The notes: a model not told the origin generated them from the sequence alone. Counted from the first letter of the whole stretch, positions 25,776 to 37,413 are shown. The stretch: DNA of 54,911 nucleotides, filler included, from Catajapyx aquilonaris (GCA_000934665.2; 3 parts of 3 records of this genome joined end to end with filler, not necessarily neighbours in it), one strand, 5' to 3'. Made by a program: numbers and translations.

Positions 25776-26324
25776 CCCTTTGACACCGAAGTTTTTTTTC
25801 AGGTTTTTGGGCCGTTTCTTTCTTTTTTTTGTCCAAAATTCGACGTAGGAGTGATATTAACGAATAACAACTTTGCGCCAAAATTAATCCTTTTAAATTG
25901 TGGTGGTCCTTTTGAATGCAAAATGTTGTTAAGAATTCATCTACATGGTGCCCAGAAATATTTTTTAAAGAATCATTTGGCTCTCAGAATGTCAATAGGC
26001 CTACCAAGTTTACTCAGTCGCTATACATTGTTATTATGGTTACATAATATTACCACAACACTGTACCATGAGAAACTCCCAAGGGTCCAGACTTTAAGGA
26101 ACACCCTGTACTGAAGACGCATGTTTACATAAACCATCACCCAGGAGCAACATCACCTTGGTGGTAACAGAGGGAAATCTGGCGTTGCTATGGTAGTTGA
26201 GTAAACCATCCAAGAGATGGCAGGAGCATATTGAACTGCGAAGTTCGAATTCTCTATGCACATGGTAGCGTGCCTAATTAAAATTCACGCAGGACATCAC
26301 ATGATGCACGTAGGCATCAAAGGG
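25776..26324. mobile_element. piggyBac-type MITE
   Basis: TTAA|CCCTTTGA ... TCAAAGGG|TTAA. Related partial copies lie at about 18890-19215 and 23311-23600. Confidence 0.85.
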
Positions 26325-26867
26325 TTAATTGGAACACTTTCGAGCTTTGCAGAGAGGGAGACTATTATGTGGGGCACAGTGTTGGACATTAATCGAGTCA
26401 TACTGTTAGCGACATTTTCTGAAGAGGCAGAAGAACGAATCGAAGATATGGATAGTGCAAGCTGTGCAAGCAAGATTCATTCTTCTGCCGCTTCAGAAAA
26501 TGTTGCTAGAAGTATGACTCGATTAATGTCCAATACTGTACCTAGCAGAATTCATGTTCATGCAGGCAGACCTCACAGTGAGATAGCATCACTTCTTCAA
26601 AGCTGCGGTAACGGTATATCATCCTAATAATCATACATGCACAGTACACAGATTATAAAATATCTCAATATCATAACCGCCCTAAATAACTCATCACTAC
26701 TTCCCTTTGACATAAGTGCCAGCCCAACATTTTCAAGCCTATTTATCAGCACCCTCTCAAACCGGTTACCACATTCAAAACTGACATCCACCACAGCAAG
26801 CTAAGTCTGGCTTAAAGGCCACTTCTGCTTGCTTCTCCTGCACTAATTGCTGTTCCGATACAACTCA

Positions 26868-27463
26868 CAACCAAAGTAACTCTTCTTACCCTCCTGAATT
26901 TTGAAAATTTTTGCATTCTCTAATTCTGCTTGGCCTATAGTGTTGAGAAAACATCACCTCTGCTGCTAATTTTCCACGTTAGCAGGGTGAAAATACAGCC
27001 AAAATGCGATGTTCCAAAGCCACAACACCTGCATCTGGTCGCGAGTCGCCGGTCCCGGTCACCTTTCACCGTGTCTGAAGCTCTCTCCGGTGCCGTGAAG
27101 GAGAAGGGTCATCTCACACGCTTTGAAGTTGAAGGCGATTATAATAATGGAGAGCCTTGGAGAGTCCTGGCTCTCCATTATTATAATTGCCTTCGACTTC
27201 AAAGCGTGTGAGATGACCCTCCTCCTTTGCGTCACCAGAGAGCGCTAGAGACGCAGTGAAAGGCGACCTGGCAGCCAGGACCGGTGACCGGATGCAGGTG
27301 CTTTGGCTTCGGAACATCGCCTTTTGGCTGTATACTTTCACACTGCTAACGTGGAAATTAGCAGCAGAGGTGATGTTTTCTCAACACTATAGGCCAAACA
27401 GAATTAGAAAATCCAAAAATGTTCAAAATTCAGGAGGGTAAGAAGAGTTGCTGGTATTGGTTG
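26868..27463. repeat. Long inverted repeat (arms about 285 bp, loop about 12 nt), probable foldback/MITE
   Basis: AACTCTTCTTACCCTCCTGAATTTTGAA...ATTATAATAATGGAGAGCC pairs with GGCTCTCCATTATTATAAT...TTCAAAATTCAGGAGGGTAAGAAGAGTT. Confidence 0.9.
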
Positions 27464-27661
27464 TCAGGCTTAGGACTGCGGAACACAGTAGCCACTTTCC
27501 TACTAAAACGCGTAAATTTTCGGTCTAAATAAAATGTGTCTCAATAAAATCAGACATTTACTCACACCAGCCCTTTTTAAAACCCTCTCCCTAAAATCTA
27601 CTGCATGACTGGCATAATTTCCCTGTAGGGAATGCCCAACCCATTCTGCCCCCCCTATCAC

Positions 27662-27832
27662 CTCTTCCTCCGGTTCGCCCTCCAAATCTTCTGCCTCTTC
27701 GCCTCCCTCGCCATCGACCGGCTGCTCCTGGGAGACGGCGTCATCTTGGGAAATGGCATTAGCGACCACCATTGCCTTAGACGACTCTGTATCTCCGCCT
27801 CCACCTTCATCAGCTTCACCCAGGTGCGCCAT
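27662..27832 (-). CDS. CLPTM1: CLPTM1 probable coding exon 1 (acidic N-terminus)
   Basis: Kozak-like CAAGATGGCG start, MAHLGEADEGGGG...EGEPEEE, then a phase-0 donor GTGATA compatible with exon 2. An alternative in-frame donor GTGAGT lies at 27565. Confidence 0.65.
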
Positions 27833-28100
27833 CTTGGATAATGCCCTTGCCTTTTTTTTTTTTTTTTAGTTCTTTTTCACTCGTTTACATCACCCCGAAT
27901 TCCAAATATAAGTTTCACGCTGTTTGATGACCGGGAATTGTAAAAGTAATTTTTAAATGAAAATGTTAATTATTACAGTAATATGTTTAATTTTTAGTAG
28001 TTAGTTAAAATCTGCCGACTGCGCATGGTTTGCAACTTTTCAGACTGGTAGCGCCACCGGTGGATAAAGTGAACAACGACTTATACGATACACCGTATGC
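27833..28100 (-). promoter_or_regulatory. Putative CLPTM1 5'UTR/promoter
   Basis: CpG-retaining sequence directly upstream of the ATG, containing TGCGCATG, AGCGCCACCGGTGG and CGATA motifs. Inferred from position. Confidence 0.4.
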
Positions 28101-28430
28101 TAAACAGGAACAAAGTTAGTTGCATGGTTAGTTTTATTTCAGGTTTGTTTGGGATTTGTAGGTTTAAAAAGTCAAACTATGATGACCGGCAGGAAGCTTT
28201 TCCAAGTCATGGTGCATCTCTGAGGAGTAGATCTACCTGGAGGAAATGCCACCCCATCAGAAGCTGTAAAATAAGCAGATGACATAATTATGTGCTCGAA
28301 GGTAGGATGAGATATATCATGATGTCAGTCGGCAGTGTCCTGCTGTCATGGCCAAAGCTGACAGTGGCTTCGTCTACTGGTAGGGCCACCCAAGTTGGAC
28401 AGGCCTTTGGAATAGGAGACAGACTAAGAG

Positions 28431-29661
28431 CAAAGGTGGGCATTAGCGCCTCTAATCAGCTAACCGCTAATAGCTGGACTACCCTTTCGTTAGCTGATTA
28501 GCTGTTTTCTCTAACGGTTCAGACCGCTAGCTGACTAATTAGCTCCCACTAAATTAGTGCCGCACTGCAGCTAAATAAATTCAGCTAGCAAAATTCATTC
28601 GTGTTCCTGTCTCGCTGGCTGTTCCTTTTTAACCCTTTGATGGCGACGGACATCATATGATGTCCTGCTGGTTTTTGAACTGGGAGCACTAGAGTTTACA
28701 CAAAAATGGCGCAGTTTGAGGCTCAAACTGCTCCTACCACCTCGTGGAAGGGGGCTCAACCATCATGGCGTATGCTAATCAGTTTTCCCGCCTCCCAGCG
28801 GGAGCTAAGCATACCCCCTCCCGCCTGAAAGTTTTTGACAACATGCTACGTCTGGACTCGTAGTAATTTTTCAAAGTACAGTGTTTTAGTAGTATTATGT
28901 AACCACAGTAACAATTTTATAGTGACGTTAAAAATTTAAATAAATTTAATTACGTTTCAAGTTTATTGCACGTTAAAAAAAATTCTGGACCACCCTGTAG
29001 ATGAATTTTTTCGGCATTTTACATTCAAAAGGACCACCACGAGTTGAAATGATAAATATTGGAGCATATTGTTTTTCATTAATATTACTCCTACTAGATT
29101 TTTTTTTCATAAAGAGACTAAAATTGACAAAAAAACTCCGCCATCAAAGGGTTAAAGCTGCATTATTGTTTCCACTCCAGGCAGGGATTAAAATAGACCA
29201 GTTTTACAGGGCTAGGTGCCGGATCATTGTAAATTCTCTGCCTACCTGGCCAAAACTTATTTTCCGATCACTTCGGTGCGCGGATTATATTATACTGTAT
29301 ATAGCTACCAGTTTTTTAATATAAATTTTGCCTTACCTGTCTTTGTAGCTTTCTTCTGAGACAAATAAACGTTTTTCCTCTTTGGATTTGTTTATTACTT
29401 TTTGTACGGAACAGTAGCCTAAATAACTAAATAAGGCGTATGTGTCGTAGCAATGCTCTCTAGGCTGTATCAGCTTAGGTCTGTCATTCAAGGGTCATGG
29501 TCTCATGGGGAAAAAAAAAGAAGTTAGCTGTTAGCTGTTAGCATTAGCTTTAACTAATTTTCTAGCCATTTAGCATTAGCTATTTAGCAAATACAATTTT
29601 TTGTAGTTAGCTGATCAGCTGTTAGAGAAGCTGATTTTTCGGTTAGCTGTGCCCACCTTTG
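28431..29661. mobile_element. Non-autonomous hAT element
   Basis: TIR CAAAGGTGGGCA/TGCCCACCTTTG, a perfect 8-bp TSD ACTAAGAG (28423-28430 and 29662-29669), and subterminal TAGCT/AGCTA repeats. Confidence 0.9.
28633..29151. mobile_element. piggyBac-type MITE nested in the hAT element
   Basis: TTAA|CCCTTTGATGGCG ... CGCCATCAAAGGG|TTAA. Confidence 0.88.
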
Positions 29662-30633
29662 ACTAAGAGAGATACCAGTAGTCTTTCCTCTCTTCTGTTT
29701 CATCTTCGTTTTTGTCTCTATATATATAGCTGTCCCACCTCCGTGCCTTCTGATAGCCAGATGGCCATAGTCGCTTTGGCTCCTTTCCTAATAATCCTAA
29801 CCCTAAACTAGACAAACTGGCAGTTACCTGCCCATAATTATGCCATATCCTTACTTTCCATGTGATCCAAAGTAACAGATGATGTGGAAGAAAAAGGATT
29901 TTTACTGAAGTTTGTAAAAATGTTCACATGTGAACAATTTTACAAACTTCAGTAAAAAGCAGGTTGATCAATTTCCTCTTCTCAAATGACACCAGCAAGC
30001 AGTTGTGCCGCATGTTTGGCTTGATTTGCTTATGCCATACCGGTACTTCAGAATGGTAGAAAATGTGGATGACAAGTGTGGAAAACTGTGCAAATTTAAA
30101 AGTCGTCAGAAGGTACATAAAAATGAAACGAAATGTGTTATTGATATTCGGCTTCTTAATATTTCTACATTCACATGTTGCTGCAATTTCAGGCAATTAA
30201 TGTAAATCTTAGACCTTATTTTGGGGTGACTCCTGAGATTTTCTTACTGATTACATTGGTGCAGTTCATCACAGAATTCGTAGTATCGGTATATATAATG
30301 GCAGTTCATTGCTGTCCATACTGCCCAATCCATTTGTAAGTAATTCGTGACTTATCAACAATAACTGATGTGTAGTGGTAGTATAGTGGCCAGTATAGTA
30401 CTACTCAAACATCATCAATATAATATTAATCTAAACCAGTGCTGCCTGGGTACGTTATAAATCTTTCAGCAATAAAAACTTATGTGTTTCACTTTTCACA
30501 CAAGCATAACTAAAGCATCTAGGTCAAAAATATTTCACCTCAGGCTAAACTAGACATTTCGGTTATTCCCCATCCTATCCTGTGGAGGTATAAATACAGT
30601 CCCATTGGGCTGATGATCTGAAAATAGAACTGA

Positions 30634-30978
30634 CAGGGGTCGAATTTTAAGATTTTTGTCCAGATGCAAAGTTTGCACTCCAGACTTTATTATGGAGTGC
30701 AAATTGTTTACTTGGAGTGATTAATTCCCAGGTAGCACAGTTCGTCGGCCCGAGCTCACCCCAAAATCGGGCCGACGTCACATTCACCGGCCCGATTACG
30801 GGGTGAGGTCGGGCCGACGAACTGTGCTACCTGGGTTTTTAATTATGGCTACAGCCATGTTTAATAGCAGAGCTAATTGGAGTACAAACTTTGCACTCCA
30901 AAGGCTCAGTTGTAGGAGTGCTGATGCCAGTTTTGGAGTGCAAATTTGCACCTTTGCATCCGAATATTTCGACCCCTG
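30634..30978. mobile_element. hAT-like MITE
   Basis: TIR CAGGGGTCGAA/TTCGACCCCTG with subterminal TTTGCACTCCA repeats. The TSD is not preserved. Confidence 0.6.
30727..30835. mobile_element. 109-bp hairpin MITE with CCCAG termini (CACTA/EnSpm-type), nested
   Basis: CCCAGGTAGCACAGTTCGTCGGCCCGA...TCGGGCCGACGAACTGTGCTACCTGGG with a 2-bp TT flank on both sides. CpG-rich, so probably recent. Confidence 0.75.
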
Positions 30979-31119
30979 ATACGAAGTGTTTCGGAATTGA
31001 GCTTATATACATTCATATCTGTGTAAACGTTGAAGGGGGGCAGCATGTTTATTTTGTCATGACGGGGCAAACTAGTCTTTGAAAGATTGGTTTGGGGGAG
31101 GCTTGCTGGACTTATAGTC

Positions 31120-32217
31120 CGTCTATGAGCAGCCATCCCCATCCTTCGCTTCCTCCTCCTTAAGACGTCTGATGGCAACCATGATGGCCTCCTCCTGGCA
31201 TTGGGCATCGTCATTGGTGAATGGCCCATCATCTTTGACCACCACAGGATTGGCAGTCTGTAAGCAGTTTACGTCGTTCACCAACTCTACTTCCCAGACC
31301 CCGCCTAACTGGAATGGGACTGGTGTTTGGAAAGGGACCACCAGCTGCTGCATGTGAAGGTCATATTCTACAGGCATCATTCTTAGATACACACACATTA
31401 CATCTGGGACACTGGATGAGGAATAAGTTTGCCCGGCCATTGCCCATGTAGAAAGTTGCTTCCCCACAGCTGAGGGATTTCAGTAGTATTGTATGTCAAA
31501 TGTAATATGACATTAATTCTACAAGTGGACAACTTGATTGTGAAAATTTATGCGTCATGTTGCAACATAATCTCAAATGTTGATGTAGAAATGACATTAG
31601 GGCTTTGATTTGATGGCATGACCTCAGATGTTGCTTCACTCCATAATTTGATTCACATTATCAGTGCCATTGACAGTAATTATATCTAATGTTTTGCGTA
31701 AGTGCAAGAAGTGATTTAAGTCTCTGCCCATTTATATGACAAGTCACGGTCAGTTTGTTCAGCTCACATAAAATGTTTGATGACTGACAATCTTACTATC
31801 TGAACCTCAGACTTCTACTGCAAAATTAAGAGACTGTGTACTGAAGTTCAATTTCTGTTCTTAGTTTCTGGGAAGAAGGTTCCATCCGGTCCAACTTGGT
31901 CAATGTCATTTCGCCAGTCTATAACCACTCAGAATTCACACATGTCCCGCAGCAGCTCTGTTGGCATCCTCAATCAGGTTGGCTCTCAGCATTTATTCTT
32001 ATACGTATCTAGTAAATGAATTTGATACTAAGGCAACCTCTCTTACAGAGTGACTCCGAGAGTGATGCAAGTGTCATCCAGAGGGCACCCTCTGCAGCGT
32101 CTTTGTCTCGTGTATCTTCATCATTGCTTAGGCCAACAATCAGCTCCCAGAACAAGGTGGCCAACAAGCCTGGTAATCCTGGGCGGAGAAGGAGCCTCAA
32201 TAATGCCATTTCAGCAG
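31120..32217 (+). pseudogene. Orphan cluster of Ser/Arg-rich exons (tentatively MAPKBP1/WDR62-like C-terminal region), partly inactivated
   Basis: Two cleanly spliceable exons, 31865-31977 (SGKKVP...HMSRSSSVGILNQ) and 32049-32217 (SDSESDAS...SSLLRPTISSQNK...), are joined in frame by a 71-nt GT-AG intron. The upstream exon-like segment at about 31120-31490 has in-frame stops. The family assignment is from recalled motifs only. Confidence 0.5.
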
Positions 32218-32342
32218 GTGAGAAAAGTGATTCACTTAATACATTTGGGTAATCACATCCAGGAGGATTTTGTATATGCGGTGCTGTTCATTCCTTCACC
32301 ACCGGAACATGAGGCAAACAACTTGTGGAATTTTTGAAAGTA

Positions 32343-32763
32343 CCGTATTTACTCGCATATAAGACGCACACGCGTATAAGACGCACCCCGGTTTTGAGGC
32401 GAAAAATCGTGGAAAATCGGTTGTTGACTTATAAGACGCACCCAGATTTATTGCCGTAGTTTGGGAACTGGCCTCGAGCTGCCGGCAGCAACCTCGTGTA
32501 CAATGCATGTGCAATGCATGTGCGTGTGGAATCCATTAGAATCCAGTAAAAATGGGGGGCAAGTGGAAAATGGGACAATGCTACGCATCTGAAAGGTATA
32601 GGTGGCAAGGTCACACCGAAATTGTGCACGTGTGTGGACGATTTCTCACGGGTTTCACCCGTTGTGCCCTGCCGTATAAGACGCACACGTGTATAAGACG
32701 CACCCTACTTTTTGAGCTACAAAGATTGGAAAAAAGGTGCGTCTTATATGCGAGTAAATACGG
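32343..32763. mobile_element. Tc1/mariner-superfamily (pogo-like) MITE
   Basis: TA|CCGTATTTACTCGCATATAAGACGCAC ... GTGCGTCTTATATGCGAGTAAATACGG|TA, with internal TATAAGACGCAC repeats. Confidence 0.9.
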
Positions 32764-34220
32764 TAATAGGGGTAGTAGGAGTTAGAAATCTAGGTGTATC
32801 ATGGGTAGTGTACATGGTTACTGTGTTTAATCATCCAAATGACTTGTTTAGTAATATGTGCCTGTCCTGGAACATATATAACATATACTGTATAACAAAT
32901 ATATTTGTGTGTAATTACACCAAGGCATTGCGAAAATTTGAGCTTCTGCAGAAGATGACAATTCACTGCAAGTTCTATGTGATGAATTTCCCTACTTAGT
33001 AGTAGGCCCAAGCTTGTAGATCTATATGGAATTCAATTTTGTTGGTGCTGCTTGGCATCAGTGTCATGGAGGTGATGTCACATGTGATTTATTGATGACC
33101 AGTAATTCAGCAGTGTTATGACTTCACTTGTGACCTATTGGATTCAGCTTGGTCAAGCTTCTCTCAAGGCTAAGAAGAACTGTGGGACTATTAACAAAAC
33201 TAAATAACAAGGAAAGAGGCCAATTCGGTTGTGAGGATTTAAACGAAAGTAATACATCGTTTAGGTCTTAATTGTAATTAACAATGGTCTAACTGAATAA
33301 ATTGTGTTGGCACACTTAGGGTGGGGAAAAGAAATGCAATAAGTGTCAGGGATATATTTTTAAAAAATTAGGCTACGTAGAAAGGACCAAAACAGAAATA
33401 ATTTACGAATATTGTGCCATTAACGGTGTGACTTGCAAAGAGTGGCGAGAATGAGAGCGAAAGAGTGAGAGTGAATCTCCCGATACATTCCGGTCTGTGT
33501 TTTTTCTTGAATATTTTCTCCCTAGCGATAAACAAAACCAGAATACAAGACAAAAGAGAGTCACAGACTGATGCGTAGGCCTTGAGATCGCCGCTTGAAA
33601 GCTTGTTGATTTTTAGGATATCAAATGCAAGAGAAGAAATGATTTACTCAAAGTCATGCCATTCCAGAAACGTTTTAATGTCTTCCTCGTTCAATTTTTT
33701 TAAAATTGGTCGCCAATTAAGGCAATTAGTGTTTATCGTATTTTAGATTGATGCTGGTTGCACTAAAATAGTTTTTATGTCCTTGTTCAGTAATACCCCA
33801 AATAAAGGAAACATTTTTTGAACTAAGAGTGGTACGCTGATGGTATTTAAATTCAAAGTCAAAGGACAAAAAGCAAAAAAAAGTGTGACTAGATTTATGG
33901 TTTTGAGTTCAGAACACAGAGGAGACAATAATAGACGTATTTCCAACACTCACTGTAATATTCAAATAATAGTGCGTTGCTTATGGACGCATGTAACATA
34001 TGTAACATAACAAATATTGAGTGCCAATGTTATTCTTTTTTTTGGCTTAGTTAAGGTACTTATTTATTAACATAACATGTGACATACTGATCCATTTACT
34101 GTTTTTGTTTACGTTCTTGTCCAATAAAAAAGTCTCGTCACATAATCCAATTCCCTACTTTATTCAGGAAGCTTAGTCCCATGATGAATGACTAGATCTT
34201 CATTGGTGAAGACATACATA

Positions 34221-35991
34221 TCACACAACCTTCTTCATTCGGCATGCCAACTGGCTAAGAGAGCATGCTCGCTCCAAAGCAGATGACAACCATCCGTCAT
34301 CAACTTTCCGAACACCCATTGAAGACTCACCCTTGTTTCCTGACACTTTCACCATGTCTCCTGAAAACCTATCCATCCACAACCTAGCATTGAAATCATC
34401 AGTTATGCTTACAGGAGGTACCCGACAAGCTGCATATACCAATCCTTTGAATCTGGCTACCAGGAAGCAGGGCTTGTCTGGACAGTGCCTAAGCGCTTTG
34501 TACAAGTGGAACTTAGCACTGGGGACATCCAGTACATGGAGCACAAAATCAGGGGACTGGGCAGACACTTGCAGCAACTCGCTTCTTATCTGAGCAGAGG
34601 TGTCAGATTGGATGATAGTTGCCAGGCGGTGCTGAGTAGCGGACAGGGTTGTGGTCAGCTCAGTACGTTCATTCAGCGGTACATGCAGAGATTCTTGCAG
34701 CAATGACCGGATTCGCAACTCCAGTTGGCGGCATTGGCCTGGATCACTACCAGAAACTGTGGCCAATTGCATTGCTTCTGAGAGTAGCAGACGACCCTTC
34801 TCTCGTGACTCCCTTGCCACCTGGCCTGTGACAGCTCGAAGTGAGCGGATTCCTGTACCAGCTGACTTGACACTCATTATTGCAAAGTCTGACATGTCGG
34901 CAACATTCTGCAGGTGGGTCCCACAACATGGTTCAGCCGACACAAGTGTTCCACACCCATCACGTATCTCCACTAGTATCACACTGTCTGGATATACCTC
35001 GCCTGGAAGGACAGTAACACCATCCATGTTGAGCACATCTTTGAGAGGTTGCATTGTCCGCTTCACATTAAGTCTGCTTTTGATCCACTTGCATATCAGG
35101 GCTTCAGCTTGCAACACTTGGTCCAAGTTAAATTTAGATTGTCCAACTGATACGTCTAGCCTCAAATGATCTGGATATACCGAACTTGAGCACGGGGTAG
35201 CAGATGGCAACACTGACCTTATGGCAGAACACAGTAGATGCACTGCAGTGTGGTTTCTCATGCAGCCATGTCGCCATGCACTGTTAACCTTGAGCTGGAC
35301 CATGTCACCATTACTTAAACTGCCGTCAACTGACCCAAAATGCACTACTTTTCCATTAATACTTTCAGCTTTCTCTACTTCAAAAGTCCCATTTGGACCA
35401 ATCATAAGTCCTGTATCTGCCACTTGTCCACCTGCCTCGCTGTAAAAACTGGTTCTGTTAAGCACAACTGCAGAATTGGAAATTGCCATGACGGTTGCAT
35501 CAAGAAGCTGCTCAGGATTGTACTTGTAAGCATCATCTGTAGGAGGCAAGTATCGGATCTTCCCAGCAATTTCAGACATGTTGCGTGTCTGGTCAAACAC
35601 TGCCTTAATCGCTTGCTTACTCTCTTGACGATGAGCCTCAAGGCACGCCTCAAATTTGTCCCAATCAACTGTCATATTCTCCTCTTCGGCCAGTTGTCTA
35701 ATAGTTTCTACTGATATACCATAAGTGTCATACATCTTGAATGCTGTTTCTCCCGTTATGACATCACCATCCAAATTAAGCAGCAACTCCTGTGGGATAT
35801 CTCTTGGTCCTCTCCGCTCTGACTCTTGGTGAAGTACATCCTGGACCTTGTTTAACTTATTACTGACTTCAGGATAGACCTTCTCATAAATGTCAGAAAC
35901 CACGGAGCTCAAGTTGGACACTGCTTGTGTGGACATTCCAAGATGGTCACCAGCCTTCAGGGCTCGTCGAATTACTCTCCGCAGGCGGTGA
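34221..35991 (-). CDS. AARS2: Alanyl-tRNA synthetase, mitochondrial type, final exon (tRNA-recognition, editing and C-terminal regions)
   Basis: After the acceptor ccctttccag come HRLRRVIRRA, AFKMYDTYG, TSFYSEAGGQVADTG, the editing motifs RNHTAVHLL and EPCCGTH, and GTGIRSLRAVTG. AATAAA lies on the minus strand at 34159-34164. The mitochondrial assignment is inferred from the EPCCGTH form and overall divergence. Confidence 0.9.
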
Positions 35992-36619
35992 CTGGAAAGG
36001 GATAAACGAACACATGTTACAACTACCAGTTTAAAAATTACTGTGGGTCAGAAAAATCAGGCAGACTGTTTTAAGGCATCTTTGGGACATTCAACTCAAT
36101 TGGATAGTTCAAAGTCGCGAATATTCAGCTGCACTAGGCTTAGATTATGGGGTGTCCTGCCAGGTTGATGAGCTGGCATACATGGGTAGTATGCAGGTCA
36201 TCTAACCACATGATCATTAGTATTCTCAAGTAATTGCACCAACATTAATAGCCCCTTCATGATGCATCCCAAGCAAAATCAATGTGGAGCCTTTTTGTGT
36301 ACTAATAGTTTGAGAAATTAGTACAGCATGCCCATATTGCGTTTTTACATACTGGGATCCAGTATGTAAAAACGCAATATGGGCATGCAATTACCACAGC
36401 TTGACGTGTTTGTATGACGCATGACAAACCCTCATTTTGTGGCTTAACGACACGGGGCACCAAGTGTATTGGCAAAATGTTTCTTTTGAGTAATTCTATC
36501 ATTTTGGAAAAAACGCGCACTTATCTCATTCACACCCTGTATGTACGAGTGTAAGTGATATGTAGAGCAAAGGTCGAGCAAGTTGAAGAATTAGAATCGC
36601 AGGACTTTATCACCTTTTC

Positions 36620-36719
36620 NNNNNNNNNNNNNNNNNNNNNNNNNNNNNNNNNNNNNNNNNNNNTTAATTAATTAANNNNNNNNNNNNNNNNNNNNNNNNN
36701 NNNNNNNNNNNNNNNNNNN
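36620..36719. other. Artificial contig linker (44 N + TTAATTAATTAA + 44 N)
   Basis: Same 100-nt structure, with TTAATTAATTAA at 36664-36675. Confidence 0.97.
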
Positions 36720-36874
36720 CCCCCCCCGAACTGAATTCCTGGCTACGTCACTGCCGCTAGCTATCTGAAGCTGCGATTGCATGTCATACAAATACAAATA
36801 TTTCATACAAATACAACAACAAATTCCTAAATACCGAAAATACAAAATAATACAAATACAAAATTCGAGGTGTG

Positions 36875-37360
36875 GCGTATGCCATTACCATGCAGAGGAC
36901 GGAGCCAAGGCCTGAATCTCACTAATGCACTCATCGATATGGGTTCCTCTGTCTTCTCGTGCGGTCAAGCCTACGTGGCCCTTTCCAGAGTTAAAAGTAT
37001 CAATGGAGTGCATCTCATCAAGGCTCAAGAGTCAGCTATTCTGGAGTACGATAGATTGAGATCTATTTACCGATCAGACTTATCCATACTCAAAAGGGCT
37101 AATAAGGCATCGACAGAAGAAGTGGTTAAGGATCGTGAATGGGCTATGCGATCCGGTGTAGCAGATGTCCAATTCGCACAACCAGAACAGAAAAAAAGGA
37201 AGCGTAATATGAGAAAGCAGAAGAAAATCATACCTATTCAGAGGAAAAGATAAGAGTTTTACATACTTTCGTATATAACCTACACATTTTGCTCTAAGTT
37301 ATTCATTACCTTATTTGGAATATTTAACGGATTGCTTCCACGCCCAACCGTAGGGGGCCC
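36875..37360 (+). mobile_element. Helitron/Helentron 3' fragment with PIF1 helicase C-terminus
   Basis: AYAIT (frameshifted) then SQGLNLTNALIDMGSSVFSCGQAYVALSRVKS, which are PIF1 motifs V/VI. There are no introns, and a small GC palindrome GGGGGCCCCC lies at about 37352-37361. Confidence 0.7.
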
Positions 37361-37413
37361 CCCGAGCTATCTTATAATTATCCTACACTTCTGCCTACAA
37401 AAAGAGGTGAGAT

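Noticed and set aside
31123..31467. Minus-strand 114-aa ORF with faint resemblance to a Polinton minor capsid motif (LGGVWEVEL)
   Set aside because: It is better explained as the antisense of the decayed plus-strand exon, and no other Polinton genes or TIRs are nearby.
34333..35714. Several antisense or alternate-frame ORFs over AARS2 (likewise over MIOS)
   Set aside because: Shadow ORFs of genuine coding exons.
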